From Deltaproteobacteria bacterium (GTDB lineage Bacteria > Desulfobacterota > Binatia > HRBIN30 > JACQVA1): DNA of 64,000 nucleotides. The notes under the pieces were generated by a model. The model saw nothing but the letters and a program-made list of their open reading frames with translations. It searched no databases and was not told the origin of the DNA. This document shows, one piece after another, positions 10,842 through 21,156 of the stretch. Position 1 is the stretch's first letter. Every line of letters starts with the position of its first letter. The stretch covers positions 835 to 64,834 of the forward strand of contig JACQVA010000127.1 of the NCBI GenBank assembly GCA_016210005.1, given 5' to 3'. The position numbers were made by a program, and so were the translations under genes.

Positions 10842-11387
10842 ATGGCGATGGGACGTATGGCAGGCATGATAGTGGTGCTGGCGGCGTCGTCCGCGTGGGC
10901 GGTGACGATTGCCGACGAGCAGCGGCTGAAGGACCCGGACGGCGGCAAGACCTTGGCCATCGTAGTGACGTGCAACGAATGCCCAGGCAAGAAGCCGGCC
11001 GGAAAGAAGTGCCTCAACGGTACGGCTAAGGGCTTCTGGGAGGGCGCTCCCTGCGGCGAGTGTCTGATCAAGTCCAACTACGGCACCAGGCTGGGCTACC
11101 CCTACGACGTGTCGCTCACGGGCACGCTGAAAGACGCCGCCGGCAAGCCGCTGGCCGAGCAGTTCGTCAAGCTGTCGCTGCCCAACGGCTGGACGGTGTT
11201 CGGCCGCACGAACAGCGAAGGGCTCTTCCGCCTGATGCTAGGGGCAACGCTGGAGCGGCGCTCGAAGACCCCGCTAACCAAGGAGCTGGGGACCTTTACG
11301 CACAAGAAGGGCACCGGCAAAGACAACGCCTTCAACTTCTACATGCTCCCCGAGGATTTCAAACCCTGCGCCGGCAAGGCCAAGTAA
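10842..11387 (+). CDS. Secreted hypothetical protein with a CarboxypepD_reg-like beta-sandwich segment
   Basis: The signal peptide is MAMGRMAGMIVVLAASSAWA. The segment LTGTLKDAAGKPLAEQFVKLSLPNGWTVFGRTNSEGLFRL is the beta-sandwich-like region. There are Cys pairs. Confidence 0.45.
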   Translation: MAMGRMAGMIVVLAASSAWAVTIADEQRLKDPDGGKTLAIVVTCNECPGKKPAGKKCLNGTAKGFWEGAPCGECLIKSNYGTRLGYPYDVSLTGTLKDAAGKPLAEQFVKLSLPNGWTVFGRTNSEGLFRLMLGATLERRSKTPLTKELGTFTHKKGTGKDNAFNFYMLPEDFKPCAGKAK

Positions 11388-11434
11388 ATACGCTTGCCAC
11401 CGCCGGAGGCGGGTCGTAGAGTGCCGAGCGGGGC

Positions 11435-13990
11435 ATGACGACCACGCCGCTTGTTGATCTGACAGCCGGGCTCAGAAGAGACCTCATTCAGCGGGCAGCA
11501 TACCCGCTGCTGGTCTTGCGTGTGGTCGAGGGCCTGGCGTCCTGGGTACTCTTCAACGAGGTCTTCCTGGTCCACACCCGGCCCGCGCATGCCTGGCTGG
11601 TCCACTGCGGCTACCTGACCTACTTCGCCGCCAACCTGTTTGTCAGCCTACGCTACCGCTCCGGCAAGGTCTCGCGACGGTTGGTGGCGATTGACGTGCT
11701 GGCCAACCTCATCCCGCCGCTGCTGGTGATCGCGGGCGTCGGCGGTTTGGCCAACCCGGTGTTGCTGATCTTCCTCCTGAAGATGTTCAGCTACGCCTTC
11801 ATCTTCGGGCCAGAGTGGGGTGCCGTCGGTATCGGGGTCGGCACCACTGGGATCGCGCTGTTGCTAGCCGTCAATCGGCTCGGCTGGTGGATCATCGCGC
11901 CGATCACGCAGGTGCCGCTCGAGACCCAACGGATGGCCACCGATCTGGTGTTGGGGCTGGTGCTGGCGATGGCCAGCGGCGGGGCGATGTACTTCCTGCG
12001 TTACGCCAGCCAACGCGAAGCCGATGCCCACCAGGAGATCGTACGGGCGCGCGAGGCGGCCGACCGCCAGCACGCCACTGCCGGTGTCACCAGTGCACTA
12101 CTGGCGGTCAGCCAGGCCATCAGCCGGCTCACCCGCCTCGACGATATTCTCGCCACGGTCGTGGAAGTGGTGCCGCAAGTGCTGTCGGTCGAGTACTGTA
12201 CCGTCTTTCTGTGGCGTGAGGACAGCGGCGTGTACGCGGGCGCGGCCGCGGCCGGGGTGGAGCACGACATTGCCGAACGATTCACGACCATGCGGTTGCG
12301 GCCGGAGGAGGTCCCGGACTTCGAGTGGGTGCGCCGGTTGGGCCATTGCGCCGTGGTGTCGCCGAGCGACGGGCTGCCGCCTGGGGTTCCCGCCGTCCCG
12401 ACATTGCTGATCACGCCGCTGACGAGCGGCGGCCACTTCTTCGGCGTCATGCAGCTGGCCCGCCAGCGCCGGGGCGCCACCTTTACACAGAATGACCTCA
12501 AGATCGCCGACGGTGTGGCGGGCCAAACCGCGGTCGCGCTCGAACGCGCGCAATTGGTCGAAGAAAGCCGCCGGCTGGTGCGCGCGGTTGAGAGCACGGG
12601 CGAGGCCGTGCTGATAACCGATGCACGCCAGCGCGTTCACTTCGTCAACGCCGCCTTTCTGCGGACCTTTGGTTACACCCGGGAGGAAATCATCGGCCAG
12701 GATGCCGCGCGGCTCACCCAGGGCCTGTCTCCCGAATGGGTGCAGCAGCTCAACCGCGAGCTGCTGTCGCAAGGGTGGCGGGGTGAAGCAGTGGCGCGGC
12801 GACGCGACGGCAGCGAAGTGCCGATTCTGCTCGACGCCAGCCTGATTCGCGACGAGCGCGGGCGCGTGCTCGGAGCGGTGGCGCTGATCGAGGACATTTC
12901 GCAGCAAAAGCTGTTGCAGGAGCAGTTACGCCGCGCCGATCGCCTGGCCGCCAGCGGCGAGATGGCCGCCGGCATCGCCCACGAGGTCAACAATGCTCTG
13001 GTCGGCATTCTCGTCCAAACCGAGCTGGCCGACGGCGACGCACCCGCCGAGGAGTTGCGCGGCGCACTGCGCCGCGTCGAGGGCCAGGGACGGCGGATCG
13101 CCTCCATCGTGCAGGCGCTGCTCGGCTTCGCCCGCCCGCAGGCGCCCCGGCGCGAACCGGTCGAATTGCGCGCCCTCATTACCGAAACCCTGGCCTTGCT
13201 CGACCACGAGCTGCGCCGCAATGCCGTGACGGTGCGGCTCGATTGTCCCGCCGCGCTGCCGCCGGTACTGGCGGACAGCAAACAGATCGAGCAAGTGCTG
13301 GTAAACCTCTTCACCAACGCCATCCAGGCCATGGGCCGCGGCGGCGGCACGCTGAGCATCCGCGGCAACGCCGAGGACGAGCGGGTGCGCGTAGAAGTCA
13401 GCGACACCGGCCCGGGCATCACGCCGGAGAACCTCGAACGTGTTTTTGATCCCTTCTTCACCACCAAACCCGAGGGCAGCGGCCTGGGCCTGAGCGTCAG
13501 CTACGGCATCATGCGCGCCCACGACGGCGACCTGACCGCGCGCAGCGAGCCGGGCTGCGGCACGACCTTCTGCTTGCTGCTCCCCAGCGCACCCCGCGTG
13601 GCCATCAGCGGCCTGCGGGCGGCGCTGGTGGTCGACGACGACGATCAAGTTGCCGAGTCCTTGGTCAGCTTGCTGCAGCACGTCGGCTTGACGGCACAAC
13701 GGGTCGCCAGCGGCACCGAGGCGCTCGCGGTGCTCCTCGACCGGCGCGATCACTTCGACGTCGTGCTGCTCGACGTGCGCTTGCCGGACATCTCGGGACC
13801 ACAGGTGTTCGCCCGCTTACAGGCCGAGCGCCCGCAAGTTGCCCGCTGCGTGATCTTCGTCACCGGCGGCCTATGGCGCAGCGAAAGCCGCTTGCGCGAG
13901 CAGCTGCCGCCGCAACCCGTGCTCAGCAAGCCGTGCACGGAATCGCGGCTGCGCGAGGCGCTGAGGGCATTATCGGCTGCGCCCGCCTGA
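11435..13990 (+). CDS. Hybrid sensor histidine kinase (multi-TM sensor, GAF, PAS, HisKA, HATPase and C-terminal REC domains)
   Basis: The H-box is MAAGIAHEVNNAL. HATPase motifs are LFTNAIQAM, SDTGPGI and GSGLGLS. The C-terminal receiver reads LVVDDDDQVAESL...VLLDVRLPDISG. Confidence 0.85.
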   Translation: MTTTPLVDLTAGLRRDLIQRAAYPLLVLRVVEGLASWVLFNEVFLVHTRPAHAWLVHCGYLTYFAANLFVSLRYRSGKVSRRLVAIDVLANLIPPLLVIAGVGGLANPVLLIFLLKMFSYAFIFGPEWGAVGIGVGTTGIALLLAVNRLGWWIIAPITQVPLETQRMATDLVLGLVLAMASGGAMYFLRYASQREADAHQEIVRAREAADRQHATAGVTSALLAVSQAISRLTRLDDILATVVEVVPQVLSVEYCTVFLWREDSGVYAGAAAAGVEHDIAERFTTMRLRPEEVPDFEWVRRLGHCAVVSPSDGLPPGVPAVPTLLITPLTSGGHFFGVMQLARQRRGATFTQNDLKIADGVAGQTAVALERAQLVEESRRLVRAVESTGEAVLITDARQRVHFVNAAFLRTFGYTREEIIGQDAARLTQGLSPEWVQQLNRELLSQGWRGEAVARRRDGSEVPILLDASLIRDERGRVLGAVALIEDISQQKLLQEQLRRADRLAASGEMAAGIAHEVNNALVGILVQTELADGDAPAEELRGALRRVEGQGRRIASIVQALLGFARPQAPRREPVELRALITETLALLDHELRRNAVTVRLDCPAALPPVLADSKQIEQVLVNLFTNAIQAMGRGGGTLSIRGNAEDERVRVEVSDTGPGITPENLERVFDPFFTTKPEGSGLGLSVSYGIMRAHDGDLTARSEPGCGTTFCLLLPSAPRVAISGLRAALVVDDDDQVAESLVSLLQHVGLTAQRVASGTEALAVLLDRRDHFDVVLLDVRLPDISGPQVFARLQAERPQVARCVIFVTGGLWRSESRLREQLPPQPVLSKPCTESRLREALRALSAAPA

Positions 13991-14014
13991 GCCCCGTGCC
14001 GCCCGCACGACGGC

Positions 14015-15661
14015 TCACGGCCCGAACAGGTCGCGTAGCCCGCGCTCCAGCAGGTCGCCGGCATCGGGCGCTGGCGTACCGCTCGCCGGCTTCTTGCCGC
14101 CGAGCAGCTTGCCGAGCAACTCGCCGGCCGCGCCCCGGGCCACCGCCTGTTCGAGCACGTGGGCGAGGTAGGCGGCGTCCGGGCGCGGCTTGGCCTCGCC
14201 GAGTTTCCCCTTGAGCTCGAACGGTATGGCCAACTGGCCGACATCGTTCACCAGGTAGCGGACTTCCTTGACCTGACCGATAACATCGTCGCTGAACCGC
14301 TTAGACATCAGCAGCTGTCCAGTCAGGTTGAGATCGCGATCAAAATCGAACCAGCCGGCCGCACGGACGCCGAAGTCCTCCGCAGTCGCCGTCAGGTCAT
14401 TGGTCTCGGCCCGGCCGGCGGCGAGCCGGAAGGTCGCCTTCAGCTGGTCGAAGTTGGTGTCGGTGCCGCTGAACAGGCGGCTGTACTTGGGCTTGATTCG
14501 CCCGGCGATCAGCTGGGTCAATCCCGGCATACCGGCGGTTCGTTCAAGCAACTCGCTGGCTAAGTTGAAGTCGTGGATTGCGCCCCCGGCCACATCCGCG
14601 GCGACGGTGCCGGCCAGCGTTCGCAGCACGTTGGCCCCGGTACTTCCATGCAAGTCGAGCCGCAGCACCCCGTCGCCCTCGACGGAGCGCGACGGCGGCG
14701 CGCCACGCACCGCCAGCAATTGCGCGATGCTGATGCCGCGCAACTCGCCCGCCAGCTGCAGCGGCGCGCCCGCGCTCAAGCCGGATGAGCCGGTGAAGCG
14801 AAAGCTGCCGCCAAGCGCGTTGCCGCCGAGATGCTCCAACTCGGCCGCGTTCGGCGTCAAGAAGGCCTGCACCTCGAGATCATCAATCACTGCCTGTAGC
14901 CCGGTGAACGGCCCCAGCCTTCCTTTCACCGACAGCGGCACCCGTTCTCGCCGCACCAGCGGCCCGACCACGCCGGTGAGTCGGACATTCGGCGTGTCAC
15001 CACCGACCGTCGCGATCAGGTCAACGCCGATCGGCCGTTCGCGGCTCACATCACGCAGCTCGAGGTTGACGTGTCGCACCGTGGTCACCGCCGGCGGCGA
15101 CGACAGGCGATCGATGATGATGAGCGTGCCGCCGCGCACCGCCGCCGACTCGACCAGCAACGTGAACGGCCCACCCGCTTCGCCGCGGTAGCCGGCGGGT
15201 GCGCCGCCCGCTCTTGCCGCTAACACCACCGGACGGAAAGCCGCTCCGGCAGCGGCCCGCGGCGGCGCCGGCCCGAGGCTCTGGTAGTTCCACTGCCCAG
15301 TGGCCGACCGCACCAGCCGGATAGTGGGGGCGGCCAACACCATCCGCCCGACCTCCATCCGCCCGCGCAACAACGGCCACAGTTTCAGCCCGGCGGTCAG
15401 CTCGGCCGCTTGCAAGCACGGCTCGCTCCCGAAGGCCGCATCCTCACTCACGGTGATGTCAGTAAGTCCGATGCCGAGTCCGGCCGCCAGCCGCACTGCC
15501 ATGCCGCCGACTTGCACCGGGCGGCCGGCGGCCGCCTGCACGCGGCTGAGGATGGCATCGCGGTTGGCCGCGATCAGGCGATTGAGCGACACCGCGGCGA
15601 TCACCAGGCCGAGGCCCAGCACGAGAGCGAGTGCCGCCGAGGTGAGCGCCAGTTTGTGCAT
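14015..15661 (-). CDS. AsmA-family outer-membrane biogenesis protein
   Basis: There is an N-terminal anchor, MHKLALTSAALALVLGLGLVIAAV. The protein is AsmA-like, repetitive and beta-rich. The start is taken at the internal M. Confidence 0.55.
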   Translation of the reverse strand: MHKLALTSAALALVLGLGLVIAAVSLNRLIAANRDAILSRVQAAAGRPVQVGGMAVRLAAGLGIGLTDITVSEDAAFGSEPCLQAAELTAGLKLWPLLRGRMEVGRMVLAAPTIRLVRSATGQWNYQSLGPAPPRAAAGAAFRPVVLAARAGGAPAGYRGEAGGPFTLLVESAAVRGGTLIIIDRLSSPPAVTTVRHVNLELRDVSRERPIGVDLIATVGGDTPNVRLTGVVGPLVRRERVPLSVKGRLGPFTGLQAVIDDLEVQAFLTPNAAELEHLGGNALGGSFRFTGSSGLSAGAPLQLAGELRGISIAQLLAVRGAPPSRSVEGDGVLRLDLHGSTGANVLRTLAGTVAADVAGGAIHDFNLASELLERTAGMPGLTQLIAGRIKPKYSRLFSGTDTNFDQLKATFRLAAGRAETNDLTATAEDFGVRAAGWFDFDRDLNLTGQLLMSKRFSDDVIGQVKEVRYLVNDVGQLAIPFELKGKLGEAKPRPDAAYLAHVLEQAVARGAAGELLGKLLGGKKPASGTPAPDAGDLLERGLRDLFGP

Positions 15662-15779
15662 AGCGAGCACGGCCACGCTACGAGCCCGCGCCGCCGAAGT
15701 CAATTTGGCCGCGGTCTAATCGGCTTTTGACTGGCTCGCGGCCCGCCGCTACAACCGGCACCAGCCGAGGAGGGCACGC

Positions 15780-16580
15780 ATGGTGTACGAGCACATCACC
15801 CTGACCCGCAGCGACGAGGGCATCGTCACTCTGACCTTCAACCGGCCGGAGACCCGCAACTCGATGACCCCCGCGATGGGGGACGAGGTGGTGGCGGCGG
15901 TCGGTGAGATTCGCGCCGACTCGCAGGCCCGCGTGTTCGTCCTCACCGGTGCGGGTAAGGCTTTCAGTTCCGGCGGTGATCTCGGCATGCTCGCCCGCGA
16001 CAGCGGCGCCGCCAGTGGCGGCGGGCCGAGCATGCTCGGTGCCCCGCGCGATTTCTATGCCCGCTATCTCGCGCTCAGACAGCTGGCGATCCCCACCATC
16101 GCCGCCATCAACGGCCACGCCATCGGCGCCGGCCTCTGCATCGCACTCGCTTGTGATCTGCGCATGGCTGCCAGTGACGCGAAGATGGGGATGACCTTCG
16201 CCAAGCTGGGCATTCACCCGGGCATGGGCGCGACTTACTTCTTGCCGCGCTTGATCGGCACCGCGCGCGCGGCCGAGCTGTTCTTCACCGGTCGCGTCTT
16301 CGACGCCGCCGAGGCCGAGCGCCTCGGCGTCATCAATCGCGCCGTGCCGCGCGAGCAACTCCACGACCAGGTCATGGCGCTGGCGCGCGAGATCGCCGGT
16401 TGCGCGCCGCTGGCCGTGCGGATGACCAAGAAGGCGCTCTACCGCGGCGGCGAGCATAGCCTGGATGACATGCTCGACTTCGAAGCCCTGCAACAAGGCA
16501 TCACCTTCACTACCGACGATGCCCGCGAGGGCGTGCTGGCGATCATGGAGAAACGGACCCCGAAGTTCCGCGGGGCCTGA
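15780..16580 (+). CDS. Enoyl-CoA hydratase/isomerase (crotonase family)
   Basis: LTFNRPETRNSM, LTGAGKAFSSGGDL and AINGHAIGAGLCIALACD form the oxyanion-hole region. Confidence 0.8.
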   Translation: MVYEHITLTRSDEGIVTLTFNRPETRNSMTPAMGDEVVAAVGEIRADSQARVFVLTGAGKAFSSGGDLGMLARDSGAASGGGPSMLGAPRDFYARYLALRQLAIPTIAAINGHAIGAGLCIALACDLRMAASDAKMGMTFAKLGIHPGMGATYFLPRLIGTARAAELFFTGRVFDAAEAERLGVINRAVPREQLHDQVMALAREIAGCAPLAVRMTKKALYRGGEHSLDDMLDFEALQQGITFTTDDAREGVLAIMEKRTPKFRGA

Positions 16581-16609
16581 GGCGACGCCGGCCGCTGCCG
16601 GCGGGGCGC

Positions 16610-17167
16610 TTACTTGATGAGCCGCTGCACCACTCTGAAATCCGGTGTCGCGGCAGTGCGCACCCATTCGAGCGCGATCATCTCGACGCTGGTGGGCACG
16701 GCCCCCGAGCCGATCATCTTGTCCCACGCCACCCGATAGTCGGCTTCGAAGCGCGAGGAAATCGCGTCGTGGGGCAGGTGGACCTGATAGCCTTGGTCCA
16801 GCAGATCGTGCACGGTCTGGTTCACACAAGCGTGAGCTTCCACGCCGCAGACTACGATCTGGCGCCGCCGCAAGGCCTCGAGTGCCGTCACAAAGCCGGC
16901 CTCGCCGCAACAGCTGAGCGAGAGCTTGGTCACCACCTCCTGGCCCGACGGGAAGACTTCGGCAACCTCTTTCATGGTATGGCCGAGCCCCTTCGGGTAC
17001 TGCTCGGTAACCAGCAAGGGAATGTGCACCGCCGTGGCCACCTGCAACAAACGACGCAGGCTGCCAACCAAGGCATCGTGGCCGAAGGTGACCCCGCGAT
17101 ACGCTTCCTGCACGTCGATTACGACCAGGGCACTGTGTACCCGATCGAGCACGCGAGCATGAGCCAT
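16610..17167 (-). CDS. Isochorismatase-family cysteine hydrolase
   Basis: ALVVIDVQEAY and VVCGVEAHACV show the catalytic Cys context. Confidence 0.75.
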   Translation of the reverse strand: MAHARVLDRVHSALVVIDVQEAYRGVTFGHDALVGSLRRLLQVATAVHIPLLVTEQYPKGLGHTMKEVAEVFPSGQEVVTKLSLSCCGEAGFVTALEALRRRQIVVCGVEAHACVNQTVHDLLDQGYQVHLPHDAISSRFEADYRVAWDKMIGSGAVPTSVEMIALEWVRTAATPDFRVVQRLIK

Positions 17168-17189
17168 GACACCACCCGATCAGTTCTGG

Positions 17190-17777
17190 CTAGAACGAAA
17201 CGCGAGTCGGGCACGGCACGCGTTGCGCCCGACGCGACAGCAGCGGACCGAGCACAACACCGTTGCCGACCGGCAAGCGCCCGCGGTGAATGGATCGGCC
17301 GTCCCGATCCTGCTGAAACTGGTCTTGCAAGCGCATCCGCAGCGTCCGGTGGCGCGATCGGCCACGATCGAAGGAAGTGGTGATCCAGGGCGAGTACACC
17401 GGCGCAGGTCGAAGCGGGGCGCGGTAAGCGTTGGCGATGGCCAGCGGCCCATTGATCTGGACCGCGCCGCCGGCACCGGCGCCCAGCGCCAGCCCGCGTT
17501 CGAGACCTTCGACGTAAGCATCAGCCGCCGCGCTGTAATCGTACACCACTTGCGCTTGCCGCGGTTCCTCGGGTGCTGCGGCCGGCGCCTGCGAGCAGGG
17601 GGCGCTCGGCGACGGGGCACTTTCGCTCACCACCACGCGCACGGTAGCCGCCGGCATCTCGGCTTTTCTGTTGGTGAAGTGGCGCACCCCGTGCGCGTCT
17701 TGCCATTCGATGATATCGGCGCGGCCGGCATCGGCGAGCAGCAGCACACTGAGCACGGCAATTACCCCGCACTTCAT
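17190..17777 (-). CDS. Secreted DUF4124-like protein
   Basis: The signal peptide is MKCGVIAVLSVLLLADA. IIEWQDAHGVRHFTN resembles the DUF4124 motif. Confidence 0.45.
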   Translation of the reverse strand: MKCGVIAVLSVLLLADAGRADIIEWQDAHGVRHFTNRKAEMPAATVRVVVSESAPSPSAPCSQAPAAAPEEPRQAQVVYDYSAAADAYVEGLERGLALGAGAGGAVQINGPLAIANAYRAPLRPAPVYSPWITTSFDRGRSRHRTLRMRLQDQFQQDRDGRSIHRGRLPVGNGVVLGPLLSRRAQRVPCPTRVSF

Positions 17778-17886
17778 GGCCGCGGATTGTACGTGAAACG
17801 GCGCCGGCAGTCGATCGGCGGGCCGAGCACGCCGGCAGCTACTAGCCGCAGCCGCGGCCAACACTAACGTCACGGCGGCCACCGCT

Positions 17887-19086
17887 TCAGCGGCAGGCGC
17901 TCAGGACGGCATCGGCGAGCGCCACCTGGCGGTGGGTGTTGCTGGCGCGGTCGCGCACACCGTTGGTCAGATAGGCGTAAGCGGCACCGCGCTGCGGATC
18001 ACCCCAGGCGACGGTGCTGCCGTGGCCGGAGTGACCGAAGGTACTCGGCGAGCTCAGGCTCCCGAACGGATTGCCCGCACCGCCGCCGAGGTGGAAGCCA
18101 TAAGCCCAGCGCACCGGCACGCCCAGGGTCTTGTCGGGATTGGCGAACACCGCCTCAGAAGTGGCGCGCCTGATGGTCTCGGGTTGCAGCACCCGCACGC
18201 CCGCCAGCTCACCGCCGTTGAGCAGCATGACGTAGAAGCGCGCCAGCGCGCGCGCCGTGGCAATCAGGTTGGCGGCGGGGGCTTCGCAACGATACACCTC
18301 GGGGCGATTCCACAGCTCGATACCGGGCACGACCGCCTCAGCGGAGTCGGCGCCGGCCTCCGGCATCAGCGCGTGATGATGGGCGACACGCTGGTCGTAT
18401 TCGGCAGGTAGCCCCAAGAAAGCCTCCCGGATGCCAAGCGGCTGCAAGAACTCCTCGCGCAAGTACTGGCCGATCTTGCGGCCGCTGACCCGGCGCACCA
18501 GCTCGCGTACCATCCAACCCCAGTTGAGCGGGTGATAACCGACCTCCTCCCCCACCGGCCAACGCGGTACTCGCTCCTCCATGGCGCGCGCGCCGGCGGC
18601 ATAATCTCCCCAAAGATCCGGGGTGAACCAGCGCGGCCCGAGTGGAATGCCGACACGATGGGTGAGCACGTGGGCGATCGTGGCCGCTTGCTTGCCGTTG
18701 GCGGCGAACTCCGGCCAGTAGCGAGCCACCGGGTCGTCGAGACTCAGCTCGCCGGCTTCGGCCAGCTTGTGAATGCACATCGCACCGAACGGCTTGGACG
18801 CGGAGAACACCAAGAAGAGCGTCTCGGCCGTGACCGGCTCCCCGGTTTCGCGCCGGGCCACGCCGATGTGCCGATCGAGAACACAGCGCCCGTGCCGGAA
18901 GACGCACAATTGCGCACCGGGGTGCAGTCCCTCGGCGTGTTGGGCTTCGAATATCGCCACCACCCGGGCCAATGCGTCCGGGTCCATTTCGACGGAGCGG
19001 GGATCGACTTCGGGCAACGCAACCATGCCGAGATAGTCACCAGTCGGACGGCGAAAGTCAAAGCCCGAGTTCAACCGGCGAGGCAA
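17887..19086 (-). CDS. Serine hydrolase of the beta-lactamase/transpeptidase superfamily (class C / esterase-like)
   Basis: FSASKPF is an SxxK motif and YAN/YLTNG is a Y-x-N-like motif. The gene is translationally coupled to the upstream transglutaminase-like gene. Confidence 0.75.
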   Translation of the reverse strand: MPRRLNSGFDFRRPTGDYLGMVALPEVDPRSVEMDPDALARVVAIFEAQHAEGLHPGAQLCVFRHGRCVLDRHIGVARRETGEPVTAETLFLVFSASKPFGAMCIHKLAEAGELSLDDPVARYWPEFAANGKQAATIAHVLTHRVGIPLGPRWFTPDLWGDYAAGARAMEERVPRWPVGEEVGYHPLNWGWMVRELVRRVSGRKIGQYLREEFLQPLGIREAFLGLPAEYDQRVAHHHALMPEAGADSAEAVVPGIELWNRPEVYRCEAPAANLIATARALARFYVMLLNGGELAGVRVLQPETIRRATSEAVFANPDKTLGVPVRWAYGFHLGGGAGNPFGSLSSPSTFGHSGHGSTVAWGDPQRGAAYAYLTNGVRDRASNTHRQVALADAVLSACR

Positions 19087-20541
19087 TCACCGGCTGCCGA
19101 GCACGTCGATGTGAACCCGGCCGATGACTTGGAGGATGGCGAATTCCTCCTCGGGCCCGCCTTGCACGAACTTGAGGTGGGTCGGATCCGCGGGGAACTG
19201 ATTGAAGACGGGGTCAACGGAGACCCAGTGACCGAGCCAGACCTCGTTCCAAGCGTGGTAGTAGAAAGCACCGTCGAGGTAGACCACCCCCGCCACCACG
19301 CGCGCCGGCAAGCCGGCCGCGCGCGCCAGCGCGGCGAATAACACCGCATGCTCGTTGCAGTCGCCTTGGCGGTCAGCCAGCACTTGCAGCGCATTGGGAA
19401 TGGAGGCAGTCGGGGCTTGCTTCATGTAGCCCGCGATCCACGCCAGCAGCCGGTGAACCGCGGCGAGCGCGTCGTGCTCGCCGGCCAGCGCTTCGGCGGC
19501 CGCTGACTGCACCCGCGGGTGCTCGACCTGTAGCAGCGCTGTGGCAGCCAGCTCGGCGCGATGCTCCGAAGCGACATCCGGCAGTGTGTACGACGCGGCC
19601 GCCGCCAAGTCCTCGCGGCGAATGGTCCAGATTTCCCCGCCGCGCTGCTGCCGGGCATCGGAGGGCACCTGATCGAGATCAATACCGCGCAGCCGCAGGC
19701 GTAGCTCTCTCAGCTCGCGGGGCGTGTCGATCGTGCCCACCACCGGGATTGCCACGGTGCGCACCAAGTCGAGCGCCGTGTCGCTGCTCCAGCTGCCGTG
19801 CAATGCGTCGCGGGCGTCGGTGCGCACCAGCACCAACCCCATCGGCCCCTGCTCGCGCAGGACCGTGCCGGCATCATCAATCCAGGCCGTAGTCTGAATG
19901 CCGCGAAACTCCTCGCGCACGCGCCAAGCCACCTGCCCCGGCGACCCGTTGGGCACCGGCTCGCGCTGCTCAACCGTCACCTGCACGGGCGCGTTCTTCA
20001 TCGCCGAAGGATCGAAGACCGACACCTGCAACGTGCGCCCGGCGCGCAGTTCTCCGGCCGCCACGAAGTTGCGCAGGGTGGCCGGCAAGTACACCGGAGC
20101 GCTGAGCGCGAGACGCTGGGTGGAGTGCTCGGCACCGGTCGCCAGGGTCAGATCGAGCGCGTCGCCGGTGACGGTGCCGCGCACATTCAGCGTGCCCACC
20201 CCGCTGCTCAGTTCAAAGCTGAACTGTTGCAAGGCGTAATCGGCATCGGTTCGGCCGCTGACGATCGTGCGCACCGTCTGTGGGGTATCCATTACGACCA
20301 GGCGCAGGAGTGAGTGCTCCTCGACCACGAAGCCGCCGCCTTCAGCCGGCGCCGAACGGTGGTGTACATAGCCGATCTTGTGCTCCTGGTGATAGACGTT
20401 GAGCCACTCGTCGGCGGGCACGATGGCCGCCGGTGTGACGGCCACAGGCGGAGCCGGCGTCGTGCTCCAGCGCTCGCGTAGCAGCAGCCCGAGCAAGACC
20501 AGCCAGACGGCCACGATGCTGAGGCGGATGGTTCGTGCCAT
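19087..20541 (-). CDS. Transglutaminase-like cysteine protease domain protein with an N-terminal membrane anchor
   Basis: GDCNEHAVLFAALARAAGLPARVV...YHAWNEVW...VDP gives the Cys-His-Asp triad of the TGc domain. Confidence 0.75.
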   Translation of the reverse strand: MARTIRLSIVAVWLVLLGLLLRERWSTTPAPPVAVTPAAIVPADEWLNVYHQEHKIGYVHHRSAPAEGGGFVVEEHSLLRLVVMDTPQTVRTIVSGRTDADYALQQFSFELSSGVGTLNVRGTVTGDALDLTLATGAEHSTQRLALSAPVYLPATLRNFVAAGELRAGRTLQVSVFDPSAMKNAPVQVTVEQREPVPNGSPGQVAWRVREEFRGIQTTAWIDDAGTVLREQGPMGLVLVRTDARDALHGSWSSDTALDLVRTVAIPVVGTIDTPRELRELRLRLRGIDLDQVPSDARQQRGGEIWTIRREDLAAAASYTLPDVASEHRAELAATALLQVEHPRVQSAAAEALAGEHDALAAVHRLLAWIAGYMKQAPTASIPNALQVLADRQGDCNEHAVLFAALARAAGLPARVVAGVVYLDGAFYYHAWNEVWLGHWVSVDPVFNQFPADPTHLKFVQGGPEEEFAILQVIGRVHIDVLGSR

Positions 20542-20568
20542 ACTTGCTCCGCTCAGCGCCGGCCGGTT

Positions 20569-21084
20569 ATGGTTGACCGTACGATGGCAGAATCGGCCGT
20601 TAGCTTCGCCGCCGACCGCATGCTCGGGCGTCTAGCCACTTGGCTGCGCCTGCTCGGCTTCGACACGCGATACGGGCCGCAGTGGAGCGGACGCGCGCTG
20701 TTGCGCCTGGCGCGCGATGAAGGGCGCGTGGTGCTCACCCGCGACACCCGCCTGCAAAGAGTTCGGCAAGGGCCACCGCTGCTCTTCATTGAAAGCGATC
20801 ACTTCCGTGCTCAGCTGCGACAGGTACTGTCCGCCTATCAGCTCGATCCTTACACCCGGCTGATGACCCGGTGCGCACGCTGCAACGAAGCGCTGCAAGC
20901 CGTGGCCAAGGAGTCGGTCGCGCAACAAGTGCCGCCGTACGTTTACGCCACCCAGGCCGAGTTCGTGCGCTGCCCGCACTGCCGGCGCCTCTATTGGCCG
21001 GCCACGCACGCCGCGCACGTACGCGTGGAACTGGCTCACCTCGGCTATCAACCGTCTGCTGCCGACTTGCCGCCCACCTCATGA
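20569..21084 (+). CDS. Mut7-C RNase domain protein (DUF82)
   Basis: ADRMLGRLATWLRLLGFDT is the PIN-like Mut7-C N-terminal signature. The C-terminal Zn-ribbon has CARC...CPHC. Confidence 0.6.
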   Translation: MVDRTMAESAVSFAADRMLGRLATWLRLLGFDTRYGPQWSGRALLRLARDEGRVVLTRDTRLQRVRQGPPLLFIESDHFRAQLRQVLSAYQLDPYTRLMTRCARCNEALQAVAKESVAQQVPPYVYATQAEFVRCPHCRRLYWPATHAAHVRVELAHLGYQPSAADLPPTS

Positions 21085-21156
21085 TGTCTCCTTGGCACGC
21101 CGGCGCAGCTGCGGCAACCGCTCGCGCGCCAATCCACCACGCGCTAGCATGAAGCC